NCBI GenBank assembly: GCA_040771865.1 | Contig: JAXGZF010000012.1 | Location: forward strand, 1 to 64,000 | Direction: 5' to 3' | Length of the DNA: 64,000 bases | From: Desulfobacterales bacterium | GTDB taxonomy: Bacteria; Desulfobacterota; Desulfobacteria; Desulfobacterales; UBA2245 | Position numbers and translations under genes: made by a program | The notes under the pieces: model-generated | Told to the model about the DNA's origin: nothing | Database searches by the model: none | The model's input: only the letters and a program-made list of their open reading frames with translations | Shown here: positions 48,304 through 58,428 of the stretch, piece by piece | Layout of the letters: each line of letters starts with the position of its first letter | Numbering within the stretch: the first letter of the stretch is position 1

Positions 48304-49599
48304 TTAATCGTCGAATTTTCCCTTCGGTCCTTTATCAGATTGAATATTCCTGGCGCGCTGCGCAATTTTTTCAGGAGTCCATTCCTGCGGGTTTTCCAGC
48401 CGGCCTGCCTTGGGGCCCGGATCGCAGCCGCCGGCCTCGCAGATCGCCTGAATGGCCAGGGGCGCCGTATCCCCGGAATTAAAGACGCTTATGATCATGT
48501 TGTATACAAAATCTTCAACGCGCCGGGCCATGCGCTCCCGAATTTCCACCGGCTGGCCCAACAGTCTGTTTTCAAAGGGCAGGTTGAGTTTCTTGTAGTC
48601 GCCAGCCTTGTATTTTTTGGATGCGGCATAGGCTTTCATTTCGGCCCAGACTTCTTCGCTCACGCCCTGATTCCTGACCTTGATAAATTCGCCGTTTGCA
48701 TCCATAAAGGCGTTTCCGTAATCATTGACCTCAAGACCCCAGGAGATCATTTGAAGCGCGGTAGCCACATTGGCCTTGGTGGTCCGCGTCTGAGAGGCAA
48801 TGGCTCTGAGCCGGTCGGAGTTGTTTCCCGATGTTCCGTGCTGAGCTCCGGAAATACCGTATCTGGCTAGAGCTGCATGGATGTTTGCGGTGAGTTCCAC
48901 CTGAATTCCCTGGTCGTTTGCCTCGATGCCGTGTGTGGTTCCGTTGTTCAGAGCAATCCAGTCCGGAAAGATATCGTGCGCATTGAGTCCCTGAATGAGA
49001 AACAGAGCCTCTTCAACCGTGCTGAGGCCTTCCTTGCCCTTGATTTCTCCAACCTCGGTTTCAAGACCCGCCCATGAAGGAACGCAGGGATTTAATGCGA
49101 TATTGGCCAGCAGATTCTGATCGTCTGGCATATGAGAAGCGTCGATGGCGATCGAGGTGAGTCCCGCTTCAAACAGAGTCGGAATTTCGATCTTGGCCGG
49201 GGCAATGTCGGTCTGGGCCTTGATTCCGTAATGATCGGCATGAATGGCGACCGGTACGGTGATGTTCAGTTCATTGCACAGATTGTCCACGATTCTGGCG
49301 ATATTCCAGTAATTGACTGCGCAATAGGCACTGGCCCCGCCTTCCGACCTTGCAATCTCGATCATGATGGCGGCGTTGGCCCGCTGAGCCGCCTGTAGCG
49401 CGCCTTTTATGACAAAGTAGTTTCTGCCGTTGGCGGCGATGGCTATCGTTTTGCCTTTGTTGATCATGGCCCGATCGATAAATTTGCCGCTGACGATCAG
49501 CGCTTTTGAATTGGGGAAAAGTTTGACCACGTTGGGAGGACGGCCGATCTGAAGGGCACGTTCAAAATCCGGTTGCTTGTGAGTATTTCTTTCCGACAT
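48304..49599 (-). CDS. Class II fructose-bisphosphate aldolase
   Basis: 'HADH', 'IDAS', 'ETEVGEI', 'NGTTHG', 'QHGTSG', 'KANVATA'. Confidence 0.88.
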   Translation of the reverse strand: MSERNTHKQPDFERALQIGRPPNVVKLFPNSKALIVSGKFIDRAMINKGKTIAIAANGRNYFVIKGALQAAQRANAAIMIEIARSEGGASAYCAVNYWNIARIVDNLCNELNITVPVAIHADHYGIKAQTDIAPAKIEIPTLFEAGLTSIAIDASHMPDDQNLLANIALNPCVPSWAGLETEVGEIKGKEGLSTVEEALFLIQGLNAHDIFPDWIALNNGTTHGIEANDQGIQVELTANIHAALARYGISGAQHGTSGNNSDRLRAIASQTRTTKANVATALQMISWGLEVNDYGNAFMDANGEFIKVRNQGVSEEVWAEMKAYAASKKYKAGDYKKLNLPFENRLLGQPVEIRERMARRVEDFVYNMIISVFNSGDTAPLAIQAICEAGGCDPGPKAGRLENPQEWTPEKIAQRARNIQSDKGPKGKFDD

Positions 49600-49919
49600 G
49601 GTTAAAACCTCCTTTTATTTTGAGAGGGAATCTCATCCGTCGGATTCCTTGAAACAGGGCGTCGTGTTTTTGCCGTCCGAAGCCCATAGTCGACCCGACA
49701 CATCCGATGGTTGATATTTTTGGCCGCCTGAAATAACTTCGAAACAAGGCGGCATTCTTTTCAAGCTGTTTTAATATAAAAGAGCCACAGTGCAAATTCA
49801 ACAAGATTGTGGAAACAGGCGCATTCCAGGATGCCTCAAAACGGTGTAAGAATCGTTCGGGCTGAAGCGGCAGGTTGCGCAATACAGTTATGGTCCGTAT
49901 CCGGAAAGGAGGTTTGATT

Positions 49920-50318
49920 TTGAACAAAAAGATTATTCACACCCCAAAAGCGCCGGAGGCCGTCGGCCCGTATTCTCAAGCCGTTCGGGCGGGGAATTTT
50001 GTTTTTGTTTCCGGACAGATTCCGGTGGATCCGGCAACGGGAACCCCGGTTTCAGGAGACATAAAAGTCCAGACCCGCCAAGCGATTTACAATCTTTCGG
50101 CAATATTGGCTGCCGCCGGCGGCGGTCTTTCCGATGTGGTCAAAACAACGGTTTACCTGGGTTCAATGGATGATTTCTCCGCGATGAATATGACTTACGC
50201 AGAGTTTTTTGGTGCCCAGGCTCCAGCCCGCGCCTGTGTAGAGGTGTCTCGCCTTCCCAGAGGCGTGAGCCTTGAGATTGATGCCGTTGCGTTTATTCGA
50301 TCTGCTTCAGATGGCTGA
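49920..50318 (+). CDS. RidA family enamine deaminase
   Basis: '[11 protein letters not shown]', 'SGQIP', 'VVKTTV', 'PARACV.V..LP'; TTG start with AGGAGG RBS. Confidence 0.92.
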   Translation: MNKKIIHTPKAPEAVGPYSQAVRAGNFVFVSGQIPVDPATGTPVSGDIKVQTRQAIYNLSAILAAAGGGLSDVVKTTVYLGSMDDFSAMNMTYAEFFGAQAPARACVEVSRLPRGVSLEIDAVAFIRSASDG

Positions 50319-50480
50319 AAACGGGCGTCTTCCCGATTTCCGGAATGAAACGTCCGAATTGCACGACTGAGAAAAATGAATGCCGGATGCGCTTTCTGCA
50401 GGCGATCCGGCATCAAAATTTGAAATCATAGCGGTCGGCGCCGCTATTCATGGGGCTTCGCCCGGGACAAGCCATTTCAC

Positions 50481-50768
50481 TTATCCATAGTAGTAAGCCC
50501 TGTATTCGGTCTTCTCTCCCAGCATTGCATCGATCTGTTCCTGAAGTTCGTTGCGTTCTCTGCTTCCGGCCCATCGTTTCCAGTCTTCAAGGGATTGCCA
50601 GGTTCCGATGACCAGGTACTCGGTGGGGTTGTCGGCGCCCCTGAGCGTTTCGCCGGTGATGTACCCCGGCTGGTTCATTGCGCTGTTTCTCAACTGCCGT
50701 AAGATCGGCAGCAACGATTTTGACTTATGTTCCGGAACGATCCGCTTGATAAGAACCTTGATTGCCAT
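50481..50768 (-). CDS. Antibiotic biosynthesis monooxygenase (ABM) family protein
   Basis: 'QPGYITGETL...YLVIGTWQS.EDW..W'; AGGAGG RBS. Confidence 0.85.
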   Translation of the reverse strand: MAIKVLIKRIVPEHKSKSLLPILRQLRNSAMNQPGYITGETLRGADNPTEYLVIGTWQSLEDWKRWAGSRERNELQEQIDAMLGEKTEYRAYYYG

Positions 50769-51482
50769 GAAAACCTCCTTTTCTGTTGCTGAGTTTTGAA
50801 TAAACCGAACGGTTTGTAAATTGCTGACCTGAGCAAAATTCAATCCAAAGCTTGACAAGATCGGTTGATCGACATGGGCTGATGATGGTCGGCTCGGTTT
50901 TGATTCAACCAAATGAAGGCACCTGACCACCTGACCGCAGTGTGCACTTGGTTCACAATACAAAAAACAAGTTATTAAACGTCTTTGGTACGTCCGCCGT
51001 CTGTACAGAACAGCATTGTCGAAAAAAGAATGAAAGAAGACGGGTAAGGCTGAAAATCTATTTTACTAACTCAATATAAAAAGGATCGTAACCTTGTGTC
51101 AAGGAAAAACAGGGGAAATGATCCGGTTCCGAAAAGCATGTTCTCAATGATGGAAACAGAATGATATCAGCGGATCGATTTTAACTTCGAACAAGACAAT
51201 CCGGGGAAACAATGATTTGACAATATAAACAGGTTGTGTAAATTGAGCGCCATGTCGGTGCATTTAAGAATCTGTTAGGGCGAGCTGCTCTCAGCGTTTC
51301 TTTTTCCTTCAGGAGTGATTTCGGGTTAAGCTGCTGTTTCCAAGAGCAAATGTTCATGAGCGGACGGGCTTTGACTTGAGGAAGACAAAACGGCAATTGC
51401 ATCGCCATACCGGTTTCTTCGGGCCAGGGTTCTTCCAATGTGTGCGGTTTCTGATAAAAGCTTACAGGGGCGTCGAGTGGGT

Positions 51483-53384
51483 ATGATAAAAAGGATGATG
51501 CTAATCATGGTGGCGCTTTTCTGCGCCTGCGGCCCAAAGCCCTTGATCGAGCGAACTGTGCAGGACGATTCTGATGCGCTTTTTTTTAAGGCGGATGAGT
51601 CTTTTCGAAATCAATCGCATGATAAAGCCCTGTCCGGCTTTCAGGAATATATGAGCCGTTTTCCGGGTGGAAAACGGGCGCCGGATGCGCTCATGAAAAT
51701 CGGGGCTATTCATTCCTCCAGAAAAAAGTATTCGGAAGCACGCAACAGCTATCAGCGCCTTATGGACGCCTATCCCGCAAGCTCCCTTGTTCCGGACGCC
51801 TTTGTGGCGCGACTGTATACCTTCTACCAGGAGGGACAATACAAAATCGTGATCGAGGAAGCCGGAAAGTCGTCGCTTCAGACATTTCCCGCCCTGCAGC
51901 TGTTACGATTATTCACACTTAAGGGCGATTCCTATGCCGCTCTGGGCGAATGCTCAGATGCGGTTTTGTATTACAGCCAGGCTTATGAAATGGCGCAGGG
52001 CGCTGAAAAGGAAGTGATTGCATCCAAGGTTCAGAGTTCGGTGATTCAGCTCAGCTCTCCGGAAATTCAGTCGGTTCTCAAGGAGATTAAACCGCCCTAT
52101 GTAACGGGTTTGCTGTGGTACCAACAGGCCATGAATGAGGCTGCGCAGGGCAGGTTTGACGAAGCATCGGCATGGCTTCAGCAGCTCTTGGATGCGATGC
52201 CCGATCATCCTCTGGCTGAAGACGCCCGCAGGCGGGCTGTCGAATATGCCGCACCTTCCCGGTTCGATCGGCGCACGGTGGGATGTCTGCTCCCTTTAAG
52301 CGGCCGGTACCGGGTTTACGGGGAAGGGGTGCTTAAGGGAATTCAGCTGGCTCTGAGCCGCTATGGGATTTTGAGAAATTCGGAAATCAAAGTGCTGATT
52401 CAGGATACCGGATCGGATCCGTCTATGGCGGTGGCGGGAGTGCGGAAACTGGTCGAACAAAAGGCGGCGGTCATTATCGGCCCGCTGGTAACGGCCGATG
52501 CGGCTGCGCCCGAAGCTCAAAAGTGCGGCATTCCGATCATTGTCCTGACTCAGAAGGAAAACGTCACCGGAATCGGAGATTATGTTTTTCGAAACTTTTT
52601 AACGCCCGGCATGCAGGTTGAGCAAGCGTTGGAGTATGCCGTTCAGACGCTGGGGCTCAAGCGATTTGCAATCATGTATCCCGATGAAAAATACGGCAAA
52701 ATATTTACGGGCCTTTTTGGGGATGCGGTGATCGCTTATGGGGGATCTCTCTGCTGTGTGGAATCCTATTCTCCGAATCAAACCGATTTTGCAGATGTGA
52801 TTAAAAAACTCGCCGGAACAGCCCGCCGGATAGCTCAGCGACTCAAACCGACGGAGTCGGTTCTTGCCGGCGGCATGACCGTGGACGGTTCGATCGTGGA
52901 GAAGCCGGCAGTTGATTTCGATGCCCTTTTTATTCCCGATGCGCTGAAAAATGTTGAATTAATTCTTCCCCAGCTGGCCTACCATGATGTTGAAGGCATG
53001 TATCTGATCGGCACCAATCTCTGGCACCATTCTGAGCTGGTGAAAACCTGTCAGCAGTTCATTCAGCAGGCCATTATTCCGGATGGGTTTTTTTCGGAAA
53101 GCCAGAACCCTGATGTTCAGGATTTTGTCCGTATCTTTGAAGATACCTTTGGCGAAAAGCCCGGCTTTGTAGAGGCAGTCAGTTATGATACGGCCGTCAT
53201 GCTGTTTCAGTTGCTTCACCGCGGGGTTGATTCACGAAGCGCTTTGCGGGACGAACTGATCCGTATTCGAGATTTTCCGGGAATAACCGGAAAAACCAGT
53301 TTCACCGAGAGTGGTGATGCGCTGAAAAAGCTCTATCTGCTGCGTGTAAGGGGAGACAGATTCGTCGAAATCAGCCGGCCGTAG
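51483..53384 (+). CDS. LpoA-like lipoprotein (TPR plus periplasmic binding-protein fold)
   Basis: Lipoprotein-like signal, TPRs, 'VGCLLPLSG', 'IIGPL', 'DFDALFIPD'. Confidence 0.8.
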   Translation: MIKRMMLIMVALFCACGPKPLIERTVQDDSDALFFKADESFRNQSHDKALSGFQEYMSRFPGGKRAPDALMKIGAIHSSRKKYSEARNSYQRLMDAYPASSLVPDAFVARLYTFYQEGQYKIVIEEAGKSSLQTFPALQLLRLFTLKGDSYAALGECSDAVLYYSQAYEMAQGAEKEVIASKVQSSVIQLSSPEIQSVLKEIKPPYVTGLLWYQQAMNEAAQGRFDEASAWLQQLLDAMPDHPLAEDARRRAVEYAAPSRFDRRTVGCLLPLSGRYRVYGEGVLKGIQLALSRYGILRNSEIKVLIQDTGSDPSMAVAGVRKLVEQKAAVIIGPLVTADAAAPEAQKCGIPIIVLTQKENVTGIGDYVFRNFLTPGMQVEQALEYAVQTLGLKRFAIMYPDEKYGKIFTGLFGDAVIAYGGSLCCVESYSPNQTDFADVIKKLAGTARRIAQRLKPTESVLAGGMTVDGSIVEKPAVDFDALFIPDALKNVELILPQLAYHDVEGMYLIGTNLWHHSELVKTCQQFIQQAIIPDGFFSESQNPDVQDFVRIFEDTFGEKPGFVEAVSYDTAVMLFQLLHRGVDSRSALRDELIRIRDFPGITGKTSFTESGDALKKLYLLRVRGDRFVEISRP

Positions 53385-53423
53385 CCGGCGCATTTTCCGC
53401 CTGACGGGCGCATACAAATTTTC

Positions 53424-54737
53424 ATGAATTTTGCCTATTCTGTTTATTTAGCATTGAGTACGGCCGTTTTTTTGGTCCTGTACCCTTTTGCCCGGATTTG
53501 CCTGATGTTGACCGGCCGGTTCGGAAGGGGGTTTTCCGAGCGTATGGGAAGGTACCGGCCTGAGAAGCCGGTCAGAGTTGCCGGCCGGACGCCGCGCATA
53601 TGGATCCATGCCGTATCCGTGGGTGAGATCGGCGTGGCTCAGCCGATCATCGATGCCCTGAAAACCCAGATGCCCGAATGTGCCATAATCCTTTCCACAT
53701 CCACCGATCACGGAAAAGCCGTGGCCGATGAATGCGTCCGCTCAGTCGATGCGTGCGTTTATGCGCCGGTGGATTTTATCCTGTGCGTACGTCGCGCCTT
53801 GTCCGCATTTCGTCCCGATATTCTGGTGTGTCTGGAAACCGAAATTTGGCCGAACTGGATCATTCAGGCTGCTCGAAGCGGCATTCGGACCGCTTTGGTC
53901 AATGGAAGGGTTTCGTCAAGATCCATTCAAAGATATTTGAAAATCCGCCCTCTCATGCGTTATGTTCTGGAGCATATCGACGGATTCAGCATGATCAGCC
54001 GGGTGGATTCGGATCGTATTGTTCAGATGGGGGCGCGGACGCGGCGGGTCAGGGTTTCCGGCAATGCAAAGTATGACCGGCTTCTTTCGCGCGCCTTACC
54101 TGAGATGCTGGAAGGGCAGAAAAAGCTGTATCGAGTTTCCGATCAGCCGGTTTTTGTGGCAGGCAGCATTCGAGGACAGGAACCTGAGATGCTGATGAAT
54201 GCCTGTGACCGGATTCGAAAAAGATTTCCGGAACTTCTGGTGATTCTGGCGCCCCGGCATATCCATCGGGCAAAGGAGATTCGGGCCATGATTCAGGCCA
54301 GGGGAGTTGCCTGTCAGCTTCGAACCGAGCTTGCCGCCGATCCGAGAACGGCCCCGGTGGTGGTTGTGGACACCATCGGAGAACTTCAGACCTTGTACGG
54401 AATGGCGAGCGTGGTTTTTTGCGGAGGCAGCCTGGTCGCCCTGGGCGGGCAGAACGTTCTGGAAGCCGCAATTTGGGCAAAGCCCGTCATCTATGGGCCC
54501 TTTATGGAGGATTTCCAGGATGCCCGGGATCTGCTTTGCCGATGGCGGGCATCCATCGAGGTGGAGGATTGGCATCAGCTTTCCGAAAAGCTTATGAGCC
54601 TGCTGGAAAATCCTCAGGAAGCGCGTCGTATCGGCCAAAGCGCCAGACAGGCCGTTTTGTCTGTCGATGGGGCCGCCCAAAGACATGCAGCGGTGATTGT
54701 GCAACTGTTGAATGAAAAACAAAAAATCCGGAGTTGA
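53424..54737 (+). CDS. waaA: 3-deoxy-D-manno-octulosonic acid transferase
   Basis: 'IWIHAVSVGE', 'ETEIWPN', 'GNAKYD', 'APRH', 'DTIGEL', 'GGQNVLEAA'. Confidence 0.94.
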   Translation: MNFAYSVYLALSTAVFLVLYPFARICLMLTGRFGRGFSERMGRYRPEKPVRVAGRTPRIWIHAVSVGEIGVAQPIIDALKTQMPECAIILSTSTDHGKAVADECVRSVDACVYAPVDFILCVRRALSAFRPDILVCLETEIWPNWIIQAARSGIRTALVNGRVSSRSIQRYLKIRPLMRYVLEHIDGFSMISRVDSDRIVQMGARTRRVRVSGNAKYDRLLSRALPEMLEGQKKLYRVSDQPVFVAGSIRGQEPEMLMNACDRIRKRFPELLVILAPRHIHRAKEIRAMIQARGVACQLRTELAADPRTAPVVVVDTIGELQTLYGMASVVFCGGSLVALGGQNVLEAAIWAKPVIYGPFMEDFQDARDLLCRWRASIEVEDWHQLSEKLMSLLENPQEARRIGQSARQAVLSVDGAAQRHAAVIVQLLNEKQKIRS

Positions 54738-54797
54738 CTTCGACCTGGAATTCACCTTTTCCGGCGTTTGAACGTTCGGCCGAATCGTTTTTCCAGG

Positions 54798-56141
54798 TCA
54801 GGCCTGCCTTGCGTTTATCAAACACTCCTGTCCGGTTGTTTCCAGAACGCTGAGCCAGAGCGTTCCATTCGGATTGACCTGCTTGCGTTTTCCCGCCGAA
54901 GCATTCATGGGGATATGGACAAAATGGTTGTTCCAGTGTCCGACCAGAAGCTGTGTTTTCCCGGCCATTCCTGCATGGACCGCGTTTCGTCCCAGAAACG
55001 AGCAGAAGACATTGTCACCGGCATTGGCTGGCAGGCTTCGAATCATATAGCTTGGATCGATATATTTCAAAGAGATATCGATGCCTTTTTTCTTGAAATA
55101 GTCAGAGATCTCTTCTTTTAACAACCACCCGATGTCGTTCAGCCGGATGTTTCCGGAGGCATCCTTTTGTTGCTCAACGTCTTTGAAAAATTTCTGCCCG
55201 GCGCCTTCGGCCACCACGATCACGGCATGACCGCGGAGTTTCAAGCGGTTTTCCAGAGCCTGAAGAAGTCCGTTCGGTCCGCGCAGGTCAAAATCCACCT
55301 CGGGAATGAGTACGAAGTTTGCATCCTGCTGGGCCAGAGCGGCCGTGGCTGCGATAAAGCCCGAATGACGCCCCATCAGCTTGATCAGTCCGATGCCGTT
55401 GGGGTAGCCTTCTGATTCATTGTGTGCGCCCTCAATCGCCTGCGTGGCCACATCCACGGCCGTGTCAAATCCAAAAGATCGAGAAACCATGTAAATGTCG
55501 TTGTCTATGGTTTTCGGGATGCCGACGACGCTGATTTTGAGGCCTCTTTCCTGAATCGATTCGGAAATTTTCAGAGCAGCCATCAAGGTTCCGTCTCCGC
55601 CGATCATGAACAGAATTCCGATGTTCATACGCTCCAGGCAATCGATGATTTCCTCGATGGGCTGCGGACCCCGTGAGGATCCTAAAATCGAGCCCCCCAT
55701 GTCCAGAATATTGACCACGGAGGCGGGCTTCAGATCCATGATATCGTGACCGTAGCGTGGAATGAATCCCTGAAGGCCGTAACGTATGCCGTAAATATTG
55801 TGGACTCCGTAGCCATGATACAGCTGGAGAACGATGGAACGGATGATGCCGTTGAGCCCGGGACAAAGCCCTCCGCAGGTAACCAGAGCGCATCTGAGCT
55901 TGCTTGGATCAAAATAGATGCGGTTCCGGGGACCGGCCAGCTCAAAGGTCGGCACTGCTTCGTCGGCCTGAAATTTGCGGGCAATGGTGCTCAGGTCCAC
56001 ATCGATCAATATTCGATCGTTGTCCGAAACATACAGATCTTCGTCGCATTTCTGCAATCCTCTGCTCAGCGGCGATGGAATCTTGGCCTCGCCGAGTGAC
56101 GAAATTTTCGTTTCCAGCGAATCATGATTAGGTATGTCCAT
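54798..56141 (-). CDS. 6-phosphofructokinase (PfkA family, probably ATP-dependent)
   Basis: 'TCGGLCPGLN', 'IGGDGT', 'PKTIDND', 'LMGR.SG'. Confidence 0.92.
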   Translation of the reverse strand: MDIPNHDSLETKISSLGEAKIPSPLSRGLQKCDEDLYVSDNDRILIDVDLSTIARKFQADEAVPTFELAGPRNRIYFDPSKLRCALVTCGGLCPGLNGIIRSIVLQLYHGYGVHNIYGIRYGLQGFIPRYGHDIMDLKPASVVNILDMGGSILGSSRGPQPIEEIIDCLERMNIGILFMIGGDGTLMAALKISESIQERGLKISVVGIPKTIDNDIYMVSRSFGFDTAVDVATQAIEGAHNESEGYPNGIGLIKLMGRHSGFIAATAALAQQDANFVLIPEVDFDLRGPNGLLQALENRLKLRGHAVIVVAEGAGQKFFKDVEQQKDASGNIRLNDIGWLLKEEISDYFKKKGIDISLKYIDPSYMIRSLPANAGDNVFCSFLGRNAVHAGMAGKTQLLVGHWNNHFVHIPMNASAGKRKQVNPNGTLWLSVLETTGQECLINARQA

Positions 56142-56180
56142 GAGGTCCTCTCCTTTGAAAAGGTTCGAAGTTTTCCGGTG

Positions 56181-57161
56181 TCAGGGGGTTGAACCGTTAA
56201 ACTTGAATTCACCTTTGCCAAGGATATCGTGCAGGTGAAGAATACCCATGACCTGCCCGGAAAAACTGGTGATCGGCAGTACCGTAATCTGGTATTGTTC
56301 CATCATGTTCAGCGCGTCATAAGCCGGAATGTCGGGGCCGAGGGTACGCGGATTTTGCGTCATGACCTCCTCGACGTACATCTCGTAGATCGGTTTTTTC
56401 TTGGCGATGCATCGCCGAATGTCGCCGTCGGTAATGATGCCGGCCAGCGCATGATCGGCCCTGGTTACCAGGGTGACTCCCATTTCCATGCGGTCGATCT
56501 CCCGAATCGCCTCATCCATGCGACAGCCTTCCATAACGAAGGGAACCTCATGGCCGGTGAGCATGATGTCCTTTACCTTGCTGCTCAGCCGCTGACCCAG
56601 AATGCCGCCCGGGTGAATTTTTTTGAAGTCGCTGGTGTTGAAATGCCTTTTATTGATCAGGACCACGGCCAGCGCATCTCCCATGGCCAGCATGGCGGTT
56701 GTGCTGGCGGTCGGGGCAAGCCCCAGGGGGCAGGCTTCGCGTTCCACGCCGACATCAATGACGATGTCGCTGTTTTTGGCCAGAGTGGAGCAAGGGTTTC
56801 CGGTAAAGGCGATGATGGTGCATCCGATCACGCGTATGCTGGGCAGCAGCAGGTTGAGCTCGTCGGTTTCCCCGCTGTTGGAAAGCGCAAGAAAGATGTC
56901 GTCCGGACAGACGATGCCCAGATCGCCGTGCATGGCTTCGACCGGATGCAGAAAGACCGAGCGGGTGCCCGTGCTGTTGAGAGTGGCGGCGATTTTCCGG
57001 CCGACGATGCCCGATTTTCCGATTCCTCCGATAATAATTCTGCCCTTGCAGTTATAAATCAGGTCCACCATCTCGACAAAACAATGATCGATCCGCTCGA
57101 TAAGCCTCAAAATTCCTTCCGCTTCGATTCTAAGAACATCAGCGGCCTGCTGAATCATCAT
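56181..57161 (-). CDS. kdsD: Arabinose-5-phosphate isomerase (KpsF/GutQ family, SIS plus CBS domains)
   Basis: 'GIGKSG', 'HGDLG', 'SNSGET', 'EACPLGLAPTASTT', 'HPGG', 'TDGDIRR'. Confidence 0.93.
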   Translation of the reverse strand: MMIQQAADVLRIEAEGILRLIERIDHCFVEMVDLIYNCKGRIIIGGIGKSGIVGRKIAATLNSTGTRSVFLHPVEAMHGDLGIVCPDDIFLALSNSGETDELNLLLPSIRVIGCTIIAFTGNPCSTLAKNSDIVIDVGVEREACPLGLAPTASTTAMLAMGDALAVVLINKRHFNTSDFKKIHPGGILGQRLSSKVKDIMLTGHEVPFVMEGCRMDEAIREIDRMEMGVTLVTRADHALAGIITDGDIRRCIAKKKPIYEMYVEEVMTQNPRTLGPDIPAYDALNMMEQYQITVLPITSFSGQVMGILHLHDILGKGEFKFNGSTP

Positions 57162-57589
57162 AACGCTTTTATTCCAATTCTGATCTGTATGTATAGCGTC
57201 TAATGCGCTCTGGTTTTATTGAAATCAAACTGTAATTGATTAATCTGCCAATTTTTGCGGCAAAAATCAAGATGACTTTTCAATCGGTTTCGGACAGCTC
57301 CTATAGAGCTTTACTTCATTACAGATCATATCCCTTTCCGCCTTACAAAATAGATAATTCAGATACATATCCTTATATAAATTGATAAAATCTTTTGATT
57401 TTGATATGTTTAAGATTAATGAAGATATCGTAAAACATTCAATTTCAAGGCGTCGCAAACTCAGACGAGTGGTGCCAAGGCAGAAATAAAGCTTTCAATA
57501 CTTAAGGTCAATGACCAGCATCATTCATGCGGCATGACATAAAGGCAGATCTCGCGCTCATATCAACCTTTTGGGAAAGGAGGCAGGTT

Positions 57590-58309
57590 ATGGCGGAAAA
57601 GCCGAAGGTGGGTTGTGCGCGTCCGACCGGCGGGCTGGTCGGACAGCCGGAGGCAAAACAGGAACAGCAGACATCGCAACCAGCAAAGGAGGTGAGAACC
57701 ATGATACAGGTAGGAAAACCAGCCCCTGATTTCGTCGCGCCTGCATATCACAAAGGGGAGTTCACATCCGTTAAGTTGTCCGAGCATCTGGGCAAGTGGG
57801 TTGTTCTGTGCTTTTATCCCGGCGATTTCACATTTGTCTGAGCGACTGAAATATCGGCGGTCGCCGATAATTATAAGAAATTCCAAGACCTTGGCGTTGT
57901 ACTGTTTTCGATGAGCGTGGACAGCATTTTTGTACACAAGATGTGGAACGATCATGAACTGTCCAAGATGGTCAAGGGGGGCGTTCCCTTCCCGATGCTT
58001 TCAGACGCGGGCGGAAAAGTCGGAACCGCTTATGGCGTATATGATGAAGGTGCAGGGGTTGAGAACCGAGGCAGATTTATTATCGATCCGGATGGCATTA
58101 TCCAGGCATTCGAGGTTCTCACGCCGCCGGTGGGCAGACACGTGTCCGAAACCATCCGGCAGATCCAGGCCTATCAGCATGTGAGAAACAGCAAAGGGAC
58201 CGAGGCAACCCCATCAGGATGGAAGCCCGGCAAAATGACCCTCAAACCTGGCCCGGAACTTGTGGGCAGGGTGTGGGAAGTCTGGAAAACAAGCATGGAG
58301 GCCGACTAG
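57590..58309 (+). CDS. prxU: Selenocysteine-containing peroxiredoxin (AhpC/PrxU type); in-frame TGA at 57839-57841 read as Sec
   Basis: ORFs 57527-57841 and 57911-58309 share a frame. Read-through gives '[14 protein letters not shown]', with U at the peroxidatic Cys position. A SECIS-like hairpin follows and selA is in the window. Confidence 0.92.
57852..57869 (+). promoter_or_regulatory. Bacterial SECIS-like element
   Basis: TATCGGC-GGTC-GCCGATA: perfect 7-bp stem with a G-led loop, 17 nt downstream of the TGA. Confidence 0.8.
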
Positions 58310-58375
58310 TCCTGCTGTCAAATTCGGTATGCACGTCTTGCTGATGACTGACCAAGAAATAATGATATACAATGG

Positions 58376-58421
58376 ACGGCGGTTTGGAAGAAATGATTTA
58401 TTCTAACCCGCCGTTTTTTTT
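58376..58421 (+). terminator. Intrinsic terminator between the convergent prxU and sbcC genes
   Basis: ACGGCGG...CCGCCGT stem followed by a T-run. Confidence 0.7.
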
Positions 58422-58428
58422 ATCTAAT

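Noticed and set aside
57839..57841. Peroxiredoxin pseudogene (nonsense mutation)
   Set aside because: The stop is TGA at exactly the catalytic residue, with a SECIS-like hairpin and intact flanking sequence, so Sec recoding fits better.
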